64,000 nt of DNA from Candidatus Moraniibacteriota bacterium (GCA_041583775.1 JBFHFF010000002.1:64274-128273), one strand, 5' to 3'; shown: positions 42,566 through 51,113, counted from the stretch's first letter. The notes: generated by a model not told the origin, from the sequence alone. A program made the numbers and translations.

Positions 42566-42654
42566 AATATACAATCAAAGTTAATTTAGCACAACTAATC
42601 TTATTGTTTTTTGTCTGATATTAAGTTAAATTAGAGTAAATTAAGATTAAAATT

Positions 42655-43473
42655 ATGCAGTCTGCAATCAAATCATTAAAAAGAAGATTCGAAGTTATAA
42701 ATAGCTCCAATGGTAAGAAAACTTTTATTCCAGCCTTGTTTCAGTATTTAAAATTTGCGACCAACAATAAAAAAATTTCACAAATACTAAAAGAATTGGA
42801 GAAAAAGAGGAACAACGAGCTCAAAAAGCTCAATCTTCGGCAACTTCCCTTTTTAGAAGAAACAGAAATTTGGCCCCATTGGGGAAAAATAGAACCAGCC
42901 TTATTATTATCTGGCAAATCATACCACAAGGCTAGTGAAACCTTTTTGGAAGAGAAAAGGAACGATTCAGTCCTTGACTTTCTTCACTTTAGAGCAGGAA
43001 ATAACTCTTTTAATGGAGCGCCTACAAATGAACAACTTGCAAATCTTATGGTAAGTATAAAAATTGTTCACAACTTTTTACTTGATGAACTTGAAAAGGT
43101 TGAGCCAGAAAAAACATTAGTAACGGAAAAAAACGGGGATTTTTATTATAATAACTTTCTGATAAATTTTGGTGAGGGAACACAATATAAAGAGCTTTTT
43201 AAAATAATTTATACCGAATGCAGCAATAGCAAAGAAAGTTTTATATCCTATAAAAAAATAAGCTTATTATTAGACAAAAGAACTAATACAAACGGACCGA
43301 TCAAAAAAACTGACAGGCAATCTTCACAAAAAAAAATCCAAAACTTAATAAGAAACGGCATCTTTAGAACTGGCAAATTAGCAAATAAGAGTAACTTAGA
43401 AAATATAACCCCTTCTGGAAAAAAACTAATTGAGATAATCCGAGGGAAAGGAATCAAATTGAATCAAGGATAA
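42655..43473 (+). CDS. Hypothetical protein, possible C-terminal winged-helix regulator
   Basis: Divergent from the cargo unit. IEIIRGKGIKLN resembles a wHTH wing. Confidence 0.5.
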   Translation: MQSAIKSLKRRFEVINSSNGKKTFIPALFQYLKFATNNKKISQILKELEKKRNNELKKLNLRQLPFLEETEIWPHWGKIEPALLLSGKSYHKASETFLEEKRNDSVLDFLHFRAGNNSFNGAPTNEQLANLMVSIKIVHNFLLDELEKVEPEKTLVTEKNGDFYYNNFLINFGEGTQYKELFKIIYTECSNSKESFISYKKISLLLDKRTNTNGPIKKTDRQSSQKKIQNLIRNGIFRTGKLANKSNLENITPSGKKLIEIIRGKGIKLNQG

Positions 43474-43499
43474 ACATATTCAGCTTAGAAAAGTTTCTC

Positions 43500-43525
43500 A
43501 AAAGACCCTAAATGGGGTCTTTTTT
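43500..43525 (+). terminator. Intrinsic terminator
   Basis: AAAAGACCC-taaatg-GGGTCTTTTTTT. Confidence 0.75.
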
Positions 43526-43626
43526 GTTTATTCTAAGCGACTCTAGCATTTTAAGCCAAATAAGTTTTTCCAAGTAATTGTCCTTTAAGAAATAATTACT
43601 ATAGATAAACATTAAAACACTAAACA

Positions 43627-43863
43627 ATGAAAGACAAAGAAAGGGTTTATACTTCTGATTTTTTGACAGCAACAATTTTTTTGTACTTCAAAGAAGAGTT
43701 AAAGGAACTTAATAAAAAAGACCCTAGTAGAATTATTTTTTGTTTTCTTAAAAATGAAACCACTGATAAAACATTAGAGTTACTTCATAAAGGTAAATTA
43801 AAGGTCGAACCAAAAAAATTAGCTTATATTCAAAGAAGTCTAAAAAATAGGATGTTTAGCTAA
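43627..43863 (+). CDS. Small DUF5659-like DNA-binding protein
   Basis: Y.TSDF..A, R.IF.F and L.VEPK...LK pattern. Confidence 0.6.
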   Translation: MKDKERVYTSDFLTATIFLYFKEELKELNKKDPSRIIFCFLKNETTDKTLELLHKGKLKVEPKKLAYIQRSLKNRMFS

Positions 43864-43881
43864 CATCAATATTATCTTAAT

Positions 43882-44052
43882 ATGCTTTCAGAAGATCAAA
43901 TCCTAAAATTTCAAGAAATCTACAAAAAACGCTTTGGAAGAGAAATCTCCAAAGAAGATGTTCTTGATCATGGAATTAAATTGATTTATCTGATGCGAAC
44001 AATTTATCAGCCGATCACAAAAAAAGAGCTGGATAATCTACTAGAAAAATAA
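43882..44052 (+). CDS. Small hypothetical protein (56 aa)
   Basis: MLSEDQILKFQEIYKKRFGREISKED...; fills the operon gap exactly. Confidence 0.7.
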   Translation: MLSEDQILKFQEIYKKRFGREISKEDVLDHGIKLIYLMRTIYQPITKKELDNLLEK

Positions 44053-44058
44053 CATCCT

Positions 44059-44643
44059 ATGAACAACAAAGAATACTTCTATAAACAACAAAAAATTTGG
44101 CGAAAAGAACAGCTTAGACCGTCGGCAAAAGATCTTCTCATAATGTTTCCCCGAGCAAAAGAGATTGTGAAAGAAAGATTAAAAGAAGAAATAAAAATTA
44201 ACAAAACCCAACTATGCAAAATAAAGAAGGTCTTAAATAAAATGAGGTATAGAAAAGATTTTTGGTTTGTTGAGGAATTTGTAAAAGCATTTTTCTTACC
44301 AGACCTCTTGAAAAATGAAAAAATGATTGCCAAACACAGAATGTTCCTAAATAGCTTACAGGGAGACGGGAATCAAATCGATTTTCAAGTAAAGCTTGAA
44401 AAAGCAAGGGGATATCCAATCCTCCAACTTGCAGAGAAAGAACTGGTTTTGCAAAAAATTGGAAACAAATATCGCTCTTTATGTCCTTTTCATAAAGAAA
44501 AAACAGCTTCTTTTTATCTTTATCCAGAATCAAATAGTTATTATTGCTTTGGATGTCAAACTGGATCATCTGACCCGATATCCCTCGCTATGCAACTACA
44601 CAATTTAGATTTTAGAAGTGCCGTTAGTTTATTGAGTCAATAG
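44059..44643 (+). CDS. CHC2 zinc-finger (DnaG ZBD-like) protein lacking a TOPRIM domain
   Basis: CPFHKEKTASF...YYCFGC motif. Confidence 0.85.
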   Translation: MNNKEYFYKQQKIWRKEQLRPSAKDLLIMFPRAKEIVKERLKEEIKINKTQLCKIKKVLNKMRYRKDFWFVEEFVKAFFLPDLLKNEKMIAKHRMFLNSLQGDGNQIDFQVKLEKARGYPILQLAEKELVLQKIGNKYRSLCPFHKEKTASFYLYPESNSYYCFGCQTGSSDPISLAMQLHNLDFRSAVSLLSQ

Positions 44644-44749
44644 TAACAATTAAGATTAAAATTATGACAATGAAGAAAGAGAAGAGACTAAAAGAAATTG
44701 AAGATGAAATAAAAACAGAAGCCAAAAAAAGATTATACATATTGCTTCA

Positions 44750-46069
44750 ATGATCTTACAAGATAAAACAATTGTTGAAATGGTATTAGACAAAGAAGAA
44801 AATAAAACATATTTTGCTACATATAAAGATAATGAAATAAAAAGAGAAGCAAGTTTGGAAATAGAAGAAAAACTTTTTCTACCCTATCCAGCTGATAAAG
44901 ATTTTCTAACCAACGATGTCATTCTTTTTCCGTCTGCTCCAATAGAGTATGTTGATCAAAAAGAACTGATTAAAGAAATTCAATATTTCGTTCATAAATA
45001 TCTTACTGTCTCTGATTTTTTTGAGAAAATTTGTACTTATTATGTTCTTTTTTCTTGGATTTATGATGATTTTAAAGAGCTTCCTTATTTGAGAGGCTTA
45101 GGAGATTATGGCACAGGGAAATCAAGATTTCTAAAGACAATTGGTTCAGTTTGCTACCACCCAATTTTTACAAGTGGGGCAACGACTGTTTCGCCTATAT
45201 TTAGGATGCTCAACGATTTCAAAGGAACTCTAGTCTTGGATGAAGCGGACTTAAAAATATCAGACACTACAACCGAGCTGGTTAAAATATTGAATTGTGG
45301 TTTTGCTAAAGGGACTCCAGTTCTTAGAAGTGAAGGCAATGGCAAATCCTTCGATGTTAAGGCTTTCCACGTTTTCGGTCCAAAAATAATTGCGACAAGA
45401 AAATTATTTGACGATAGCGCTCTGGAAAGCAGAATGATTACTGAGGATATGAATCAAAATTTTCCAAGAAAAGATATCTTGATTCATATACCCTCTGAGT
45501 TTGAAGAAGAAGCTTTGTGCCTAAGAAATAAACTTTTAATGTTTAGGTTTAGGAATAAGGGAAAATCCTTTATAAAAACTGAATTTGAAGATAGGAGTAT
45601 CGAACCACGCTTAAATCAAATTGCAGTTCCCTTAATGAGTGTTATTGATGATGCACAAACCATAAAAGAGCTTCAAAAATACATAAGGGAGTACAATGAC
45701 ACAATAAAAACAGACCGGACTCTAGATTGTAATTACCAAATATTGGAATCTATTGTTTTGCTTTTAGACAAGGGAAATATGGAACCAACTATCGGTGATA
45801 TAACCAGACAATTTAATGAAAATTTTGATTCTTCAGATACAATAACCCCCAAGAAAATGGGTTACTTATTAAAGAAAACATTAAATTTAAAAACGATAAA
45901 AACAAGAGATGGTTATATCGTTTCAAAAGATAATAAAGAAAAAATTGAAATATTGCGAAAAAGGTTTGGAATTGAACTAATTTCCGACGTTATTAATGAT
46001 GTGAACAATGTGAACAATGTGAACAATGTGAACAATAAAAAAGAAGATGTACAAGAAATAATGTTTTAA
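44750..46069 (+). CDS. P-loop NTPase/replicative helicase-like protein; may start at 44664 across a frameshift
   Basis: Walker A GDYGTGKS, Walker B LVLDEAD, ALESR motif, C-terminal wHTH-like region. Confidence 0.75.
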   Translation: MILQDKTIVEMVLDKEENKTYFATYKDNEIKREASLEIEEKLFLPYPADKDFLTNDVILFPSAPIEYVDQKELIKEIQYFVHKYLTVSDFFEKICTYYVLFSWIYDDFKELPYLRGLGDYGTGKSRFLKTIGSVCYHPIFTSGATTVSPIFRMLNDFKGTLVLDEADLKISDTTTELVKILNCGFAKGTPVLRSEGNGKSFDVKAFHVFGPKIIATRKLFDDSALESRMITEDMNQNFPRKDILIHIPSEFEEEALCLRNKLLMFRFRNKGKSFIKTEFEDRSIEPRLNQIAVPLMSVIDDAQTIKELQKYIREYNDTIKTDRTLDCNYQILESIVLLLDKGNMEPTIGDITRQFNENFDSSDTITPKKMGYLLKKTLNLKTIKTRDGYIVSKDNKEKIEILRKRFGIELISDVINDVNNVNNVNNVNNKKEDVQEIMF

Positions 46070-46134
46070 ATAAAGTCTTTTTCACAAAAAATAATTGCTT
46101 TTCCATTATCAGAATAAAGTTCACAATATTCACA
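45999..46134. repeat. Iteron cluster: (ATGTGAACA)x4 plus inverted TTCACA copies (putative origin)
   Basis: Four exact 9-mers at 45999-46034. Inverted copies at 46081, 46119 and 46128. Confidence 0.65.
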
Positions 46135-46189
46135 ACCTCAATGAAAATATCTGAAAATCTTAACAAACCTTAACGTTATCCATCCAATT

Positions 46190-46447
46190 ATGCGATATAA
46201 CTTATCGAAGAGAAAATTAACTTTTGCATATTACTATTTTGATTTTGAAAGAAAGTATTCCTCTTGCTTGGCTGGCAATGCTTATCGATGTGCACTCAAA
46301 GTAAATTACAGCAAAACTTATGCAAAAAAGATAATGTCTCATATACATTGGACCGAATTAGCGAAATTAGCAGAAAAACAGGGCTTAATGATGGATAGAA
46401 GTCTCAAAAAATACCTAGACAAAATATCAGAAAATGTTAGAAAATGA
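46190..46447 (+). CDS. Terminase small subunit N-terminal HTH-like protein
   Basis: GNAY..A....YS..YA pattern. Confidence 0.5.
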   Translation: MRYNLSKRKLTFAYYYFDFERKYSSCLAGNAYRCALKVNYSKTYAKKIMSHIHWTELAKLAEKQGLMMDRSLKKYLDKISENVRK

Positions 46448-46463
46448 TAACATTGAACATCTA

Positions 46464-46590
46464 TGCTATAATGAAAACACTTACCCAATTCACAATATAC
46501 CAAGAATTTTATGTTTCGCTCCTAAGTGGGCGGTTCTGCCAGCAAAACCATTCTTGGTCGAGTTGGGTAAGTCAGAACCGCCTTTTTAGT
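46464..46590 (+). promoter_or_regulatory. Extended -10 promoter plus structured leader RNA of the integrase
   Basis: TGCTATAAT; stems ACTTACCCAATTC/GAGTTGGGTAAGT and ACCAAGAAT/ATTCTTGGT; competing GGCGGTTCTG/CAGAACCGCC-TTTTT. Confidence 0.7.
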
Positions 46591-46611
46591 ATTAAAATTT
46601 ATTAAACTTAT

Positions 46612-48231
46612 ATGGAAACAAAAAAACCAAGGTTACAGTATTTTTTATATGCCAGAAAATCATCCGAGAGCGAAGATCGCCAGGTTCAATCTATCGATGA
46701 CCAAACTGGACGTTTAAAACGATTAGCGCAAGAATTAGGCATAACCATAAAACATATCTACACGGAAGCTAAATCAGCCAAAAAACCTGGTAATCGCCCA
46801 TTTTTTGACAAAATGATGACTGAAATAGAAAGTGGTGAAGCTGATGGCATTCTATGTTGGCATCTTAATCGTCTCTCTAGAAATCCGATTGATAGTGGAA
46901 AGATAAGTTGGCTTCTACAGGAAGGGTCTATCAAATCGATTCAAACAATGGAAAAACAGTTTCTTCCAGAAGACAATGTCTTGCTTTTTAGTGTTGAAAG
47001 TGGAATGGCAAACCAATTTTGTCGAGAACTAAGCACAAACGTAAAAAGAGGTATTCAAAAGAAGCTGGAAGACGGCTGGAGACCTGGTATAGCGCCACAA
47101 GGATATCTAAATGAACTATCTAACCATACAATCATAAAAGACACTGAGAGGTTCAATCTTATAAGGAAAGTGTGGGATTTAATGCTCACTGGAAATTACA
47201 CTGTTCCTCAACTACTAATTAAATTAAATGATGAATGGGGATATAAAACTCCTCTCAAAAAACGCCTCGGCGGTAAACCTTTAACTATAAGTGGTCTTTA
47301 TAAAGTTTTCACTAATTTATTTTATACTGGAATAATTTTGCATAAAGATCAGACTTACCCAGGGAAACACGATCAAATGATAACCCTCGAAGAATATGAT
47401 CAAGTTCAGTTAATATTGGGAAGAAAGGGGAAGCAAAGACCTAAGACTCATAATTTCGCTTTTACTGGAATGATTAGGTGTGGAGAATGTGGTTGTCTTC
47501 ATACAGCCGAAACAAAGAAAAAAATAATCAAAAAGACAGGAACTCTAAAAGAATATACTTATTACCACTGTACGAGAAGAAAAAAAGACATTGATTGTTC
47601 GCAAAGAAAGGTTTTAAATCAAGATAATCTGGAGTTGCAAATCAATGAATTATTAGCTACCTACACGATATTGCCAGAATTTAGAGACTGGGCTTTGGAA
47701 ATTGTTCATAATAGCAAAAATCTAGAAATCGAAGATAAATCAAAAATTCTAGACTCTTTGCGCAATGAATTGCTAAAAGCTGAGGAAAATTTAAACGAAT
47801 TGATTAAAATGAGATACAGAAAATTGATTGATGATAAATTTTTTATTAAAGAAAAAGAGACTCTTCAGATGCAAATATCCAAATCAAAAGAAAAGCTGAA
47901 GAAATCAGGCGGTGAAAAAAATAAACAGTTAGAACTCACGAAAAAAACTTTCAATTTCGCAACATATGCCCGAATAAACTTTAATAAAGGCACATTAGAA
48001 CAAAAAAGAGAAATTCTAGCTGCTTTAGGTTCGAACCATAGAATCACTGACCAAAAACTCTTTGTTGATGCCCATAAATGGTTCCAGCCTATTAGAAAAG
48101 ACTATCCTCGATTGGAAGAAGAATATATAAGGTTAGAACTAAATAAATCTCCCTTAAATAAAGCAAAAAGCGAGCAATTAAGCTCGCTCATTACACGATG
48201 GCACGGGTGGAGAGAATCGAACTCCCGCTAG
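46612..48231 (+). CDS. Large serine recombinase (resolvase, recombinase, Zn-ribbon, coiled coil); 3' end runs into tRNA-Trp
   Basis: YARKSSE, RLSRN, CGECG and YYHC motifs. The last codons WHGWRESNSR are antisense tRNA sequence. Confidence 0.93.
   Translation: METKKPRLQYFLYARKSSESEDRQVQSIDDQTGRLKRLAQELGITIKHIYTEAKSAKKPGNRPFFDKMMTEIESGEADGILCWHLNRLSRNPIDSGKISWLLQEGSIKSIQTMEKQFLPEDNVLLFSVESGMANQFCRELSTNVKRGIQKKLEDGWRPGIAPQGYLNELSNHTIIKDTERFNLIRKVWDLMLTGNYTVPQLLIKLNDEWGYKTPLKKRLGGKPLTISGLYKVFTNLFYTGIILHKDQTYPGKHDQMITLEEYDQVQLILGRKGKQRPKTHNFAFTGMIRCGECGCLHTAETKKKIIKKTGTLKEYTYYHCTRRKKDIDCSQRKVLNQDNLELQINELLATYTILPEFRDWALEIVHNSKNLEIEDKSKILDSLRNELLKAEENLNELIKMRYRKLIDDKFFIKEKETLQMQISKSKEKLKKSGGEKNKQLELTKKTFNFATYARINFNKGTLEQKREILAALGSNHRITDQKLFVDAHKWFQPIRKDYPRLEEEYIRLELNKSPLNKAKSEQLSSLITRWHGWRESNSR
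48165..48188 (-). terminator. tRNA-Trp terminator encoded antisense within the integrase gene
   Basis: Minus strand AGCGAGC-ttaatt-GCTCGCTTTTT, about 10 nt after the CCA end. Confidence 0.7.
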
Positions 48232-48272
48232 AGGTTTTGGAGACCCCTGTACTACCACTATACTACACCCGC
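48199..48272 (-). tRNA. tRNA-Trp (CCA)
   Basis: GCGGGTGTAGTATAGTGGTAGTACAGGGGTCT-CCA-AAACCTCTAGCGGGAGTTCGATTCTCTCCACCCGTGCCA folds into a cloverleaf. Confidence 0.95.
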
Positions 48273-48277
48273 AAATA

Positions 48278-48913
48278 TCATATTAATTTTTCAATTGCTC
48301 GTTTCAATTCAACTGGACTGTTGATAAAAACATCTGGTTTATGTTTTTTTAAAATATCTTTCGAATTCAAACCCCATGAAACGGCAATCACTTTTATCCC
48401 AGCTTTTTTTGCCGCTTCAATGTCCCGAACTTCATCACCTACATAGACTACCTCACTTTTCACAATTTTTCTACTAGTAATAACTTTTTTAATTTTCCTA
48501 TGTTTTCCAAAAAAACTTTTGGCACTAAAAACAAAATCAAATAAATCAATCCTATTTTTATTTAAAAAATTCTCTGTATTCTCAATTGAATTAGAAGTGA
48601 TAATTCCCAAAACAAATCCTTCTTTTTTTAGTTCTTCTAACACATCTACCAATCCTTTAATAGGTTTTATTTTTTCTATTTTTTCACCAAAAATAATTCT
48701 CGCTTCCTTTAAAATTGAAATTAGTTTCAAATAGGATACACCAAATTTTTTCATTTGCTCTTGCACAGTGCATCCTCTTAGTTTCTCAATCTCTACTTTG
48801 GTGATTCTACTATAACCAAGTTTGCCAGCTAATTGATTAGCAATCTCAAAAACTATTTCAAATGAATCTACAATGGTTCCATCAAAGTCAAATATTATAG
48901 TTTTTTTTGGCAT
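48278..48913 (-). CDS. HAD-family hydrolase (phosphoglycolate phosphatase-like)
   Basis: FDFDGT and YVGDE.RDIEAA motifs. Confidence 0.88.
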   Translation of the reverse strand: MPKKTIIFDFDGTIVDSFEIVFEIANQLAGKLGYSRITKVEIEKLRGCTVQEQMKKFGVSYLKLISILKEARIIFGEKIEKIKPIKGLVDVLEELKKEGFVLGIITSNSIENTENFLNKNRIDLFDFVFSAKSFFGKHRKIKKVITSRKIVKSEVVYVGDEVRDIEAAKKAGIKVIAVSWGLNSKDILKKHKPDVFINSPVELKRAIEKLI

Positions 48914-48938
48914 TATTTTACGCAGTAATTAACAAGCT

Positions 48939-49103
48939 CTATTTTTTGGTCTTTCCTTCTTTATGTACAGTGTGTTTTCTACACTTTGGACAATGTTTTT
49001 TCAATTCAAGTTTTTCCTGAATCTTTTTTTTATTTTTAAAAGTATAGAAATTTCTATTTCCACACTCTGAACATTTCAATGTTGTTAAAGTATCTTGAGA
49101 CAT
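48939..49103 (-). CDS. rpmG: 50S ribosomal protein L33 (Zn-ribbon form)
   Basis: [54 protein letters not shown], read manually. Confidence 0.93.
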   Translation of the reverse strand: MSQDTLTTLKCSECGNRNFYTFKNKKKIQEKLELKKHCPKCRKHTVHKEGKTKK

Positions 49104-49130
49104 ATGTTTAATTTATAAATTTCTTAAGCT

Positions 49131-49811
49131 TTAGAGGTTTTTCAATTTAATCGCAGGATTCATTGTTGAAGTGATAGAAATACCCTTGATAAACTTACCT
49201 TTAATAGCAGATGGTTTATGTTGTTGCAATTCTTTCATAAATACCTCAAAATTTTCCTTTAGTTGTTCTTTCTTGAAAGATCTTTTTCCAATCACTTGAT
49301 GGATATTTGCTCCGTTATCGTTTTTAAAACTAGCTCTTCCACCCTTAAGTCCTTCAATTAAAACATCGATCTTTGGTCCAACTGTTTGGGTTTTTGGATT
49401 TGGCATAAGACCTCTTGGCCCAAGAACTCTTGCTGCCTTAGCAAGTTTTGGCATCATTTCTGGTGTTGTTACTGCAACATCAAAATCAATTTCCCCTCCC
49501 GCAACTATCTTATCAATTAACTCAACTCCAGCAACAATATCTGCTCCTGCAGCTTTTGCTTCTTTTGCTTGAGTTTCTGTAAATGCAGCAATCCGCTTTG
49601 TTTTTCCTGTTCCGTGTGGCAAATCAACTGTTGCACGAACTTGCTGATCTGATTTTGTGGGATTGATACTCAATTTAACATGAACTTCAACAGACTCATC
49701 AAATTTAGGTGCTGAAAATTTCTCAAGAATTTCCAATGCTTCTTCAATTGCATATTCTGTATTCTGTTCATAACCCTCAACAACACTTCGATATCTTTTT
49801 CCTCTTTTCAT
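49131..49811 (-). CDS. rplA: 50S ribosomal protein L1
   Basis: KFDESVE, LPHGTGK and LGPRGLMPNPK motifs. Confidence 0.97.
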   Translation of the reverse strand: MKRGKRYRSVVEGYEQNTEYAIEEALEILEKFSAPKFDESVEVHVKLSINPTKSDQQVRATVDLPHGTGKTKRIAAFTETQAKEAKAAGADIVAGVELIDKIVAGGEIDFDVAVTTPEMMPKLAKAARVLGPRGLMPNPKTQTVGPKIDVLIEGLKGGRASFKNDNGANIHQVIGKRSFKKEQLKENFEVFMKELQQHKPSAIKGKFIKGISITSTMNPAIKLKNL

Positions 49812-49816
49812 AATAT

Positions 49817-49852
49817 TGTGGTGCGGACGGATAATTTTAATATCCTCCCACA
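49817..49852 (-). promoter_or_regulatory. L1 autoregulatory binding hairpin between rplK and rplA
   Basis: TGTGGGAGGATA...TATCCGTCCGCACCACA matches the L1-binding internal-loop architecture. Confidence 0.65.
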
Positions 49853-49879
49853 GCGTATTATTAAATTATTATAAATAAA

Positions 49880-50305
49880 CTAACCTTCAATTTTAATTCC
49901 CATTGAGCGAGCTGTTCCTGCGATAATCTTAACTCCTTCTTCAACAGAATTTGCATTTAAATCCTCTTTCTTTTTTTCAACAATTTCTTCCAGCTGAGCT
50001 TTTGTTACTGTTCCAATCTTTTCCTTTAATGGACTTGCAGAACCTTTTTGTACCTTTGCTGCCTTTTTTAACAATTCAGATGCTGGAGGTGATTTTAAAA
50101 TAAAATCAAAACTTCTATCATCATAAATATTTATTTCAACTGGGATAATGTCCCCCATAGATTCTTTTGTAGCCTCATTAAAACGAGTACAAAAATCTTG
50201 AATATTCACTCCATGTTGTCCAAGTGCAGGTCCTACTGGAGGAGCTGGATTTGCTTGCCCTGCCTTGATTTGAAGCTTAATCATACTTGCTATTTTCTTT
50301 GCCAT
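49880..50305 (-). CDS. rplK: 50S ribosomal protein L11
   Basis: [15 protein letters not shown] and GTARSMG motifs. Confidence 0.98.
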   Translation of the reverse strand: MAKKIASMIKLQIKAGQANPAPPVGPALGQHGVNIQDFCTRFNEATKESMGDIIPVEINIYDDRSFDFILKSPPASELLKKAAKVQKGSASPLKEKIGTVTKAQLEEIVEKKKEDLNANSVEEGVKIIAGTARSMGIKIEG

Positions 50306-50348
50306 ATTCGTAAATTACTTAAATTACTTTTTAAAAATTCAAATTTAA

Positions 50349-50894
50349 TTAGATCTTTTTAATCTGCAGAAAATCCAATTCTACAGGTGTTTCTCTTCCA
50401 AAAATACTAACCAGAACCTTAATCTTACCTTTGTCATTATCAACCTCGGAAACTTTCGCATCAAAATTTTTGAATGGTCCATCCACAACCTTAACTGATT
50501 CTCCAATCTCTACATCAAGTTTATATTTAGGTTCATCAGTTCCCATTCTTTTTTTAATTCCACCAATTTCATCTGGATCAACTGGTGTTGGAGTTGTTCC
50601 GATTCCGATAAAACCTGTTACATTCGGCGTGTTTCTAACCACATACCAAGAATCATCCGTCACAATCATATTCACAAGTACATAACCAGGAAATACTCTC
50701 TCTTCAACAACATATCTCTTTCCATTTCTAATTTTAATCTTCTTTTCAGTTGGAACAATAACATCGAAGATTCTATCTTGCATATTCATTGACTCAATTC
50801 TCTGTTTCAGATTTCGCTTCACATTCTCTTCATATCCACTGTATGTATGAAGAACATACCAAGCTCTTCCGTGATGTTGTGTTTGTTTAGCCAT
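50349..50894 (-). CDS. nusG: Transcription factor NusG
   Basis: [16 protein letters not shown] and KOW GPF...[10 protein letters not shown] motifs. Confidence 0.97.
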   Translation of the reverse strand: MAKQTQHHGRAWYVLHTYSGYEENVKRNLKQRIESMNMQDRIFDVIVPTEKKIKIRNGKRYVVEERVFPGYVLVNMIVTDDSWYVVRNTPNVTGFIGIGTTPTPVDPDEIGGIKKRMGTDEPKYKLDVEIGESVKVVDGPFKNFDAKVSEVDNDKGKIKVLVSIFGRETPVELDFLQIKKI

Positions 50895-50930
50895 ATAAAT
50901 GTCTTTGTTCTTTATAAATAAATAACTTTT

Positions 50931-51113
50931 CTAAAAAATAAACTTTTCTACAATTGTTGAAAAAATTTTATCCAAAAATCCTAAAAATAAAGCCACCACA
51001 ATACTTGAAGAAATAACAATGGCAGAATAATTAATTGTTTGTTTTTTGCTAGGCCAATTAACTTTTCGTAGTTCTACATATGATTCCTTAATAAATGCGA
51101 CTGCTTTGTTCAT
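50931..51113 (-). CDS. secE: Preprotein translocase SecE
   Basis: ELRKVNWPS motif plus TM, upstream of nusG. Confidence 0.93.
   Translation of the reverse strand: MNKAVAFIKESYVELRKVNWPSKKQTINYSAIVISSSIVVALFLGFLDKIFSTIVEKFIF

Larger units (their letters stand above)
33010..48207. mobile_element. About 15.2-kb integrative satellite-like element in the tRNA-Trp 3' end
   Basis: Flanking GCACGGG direct repeats, large serine recombinase, CHC2 Zn finger, NTPase, iterons, TerS-like gene, defence-type cargo. Confidence 0.8.

Noticed and set aside
45999-46034. CRISPR array
   Set aside because: These are 9-bp tandem repeats without spacers, and no cas genes are in the window.
33010-48207. Complete prophage or conjugative element
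   Set aside because: No capsid, portal, large terminase, tail, lysis, relaxase or T4SS genes were recognised.
48198-48446. 82-aa plus-strand ORF
   Set aside because: It is antisense to tRNA-Trp and the HAD gene.
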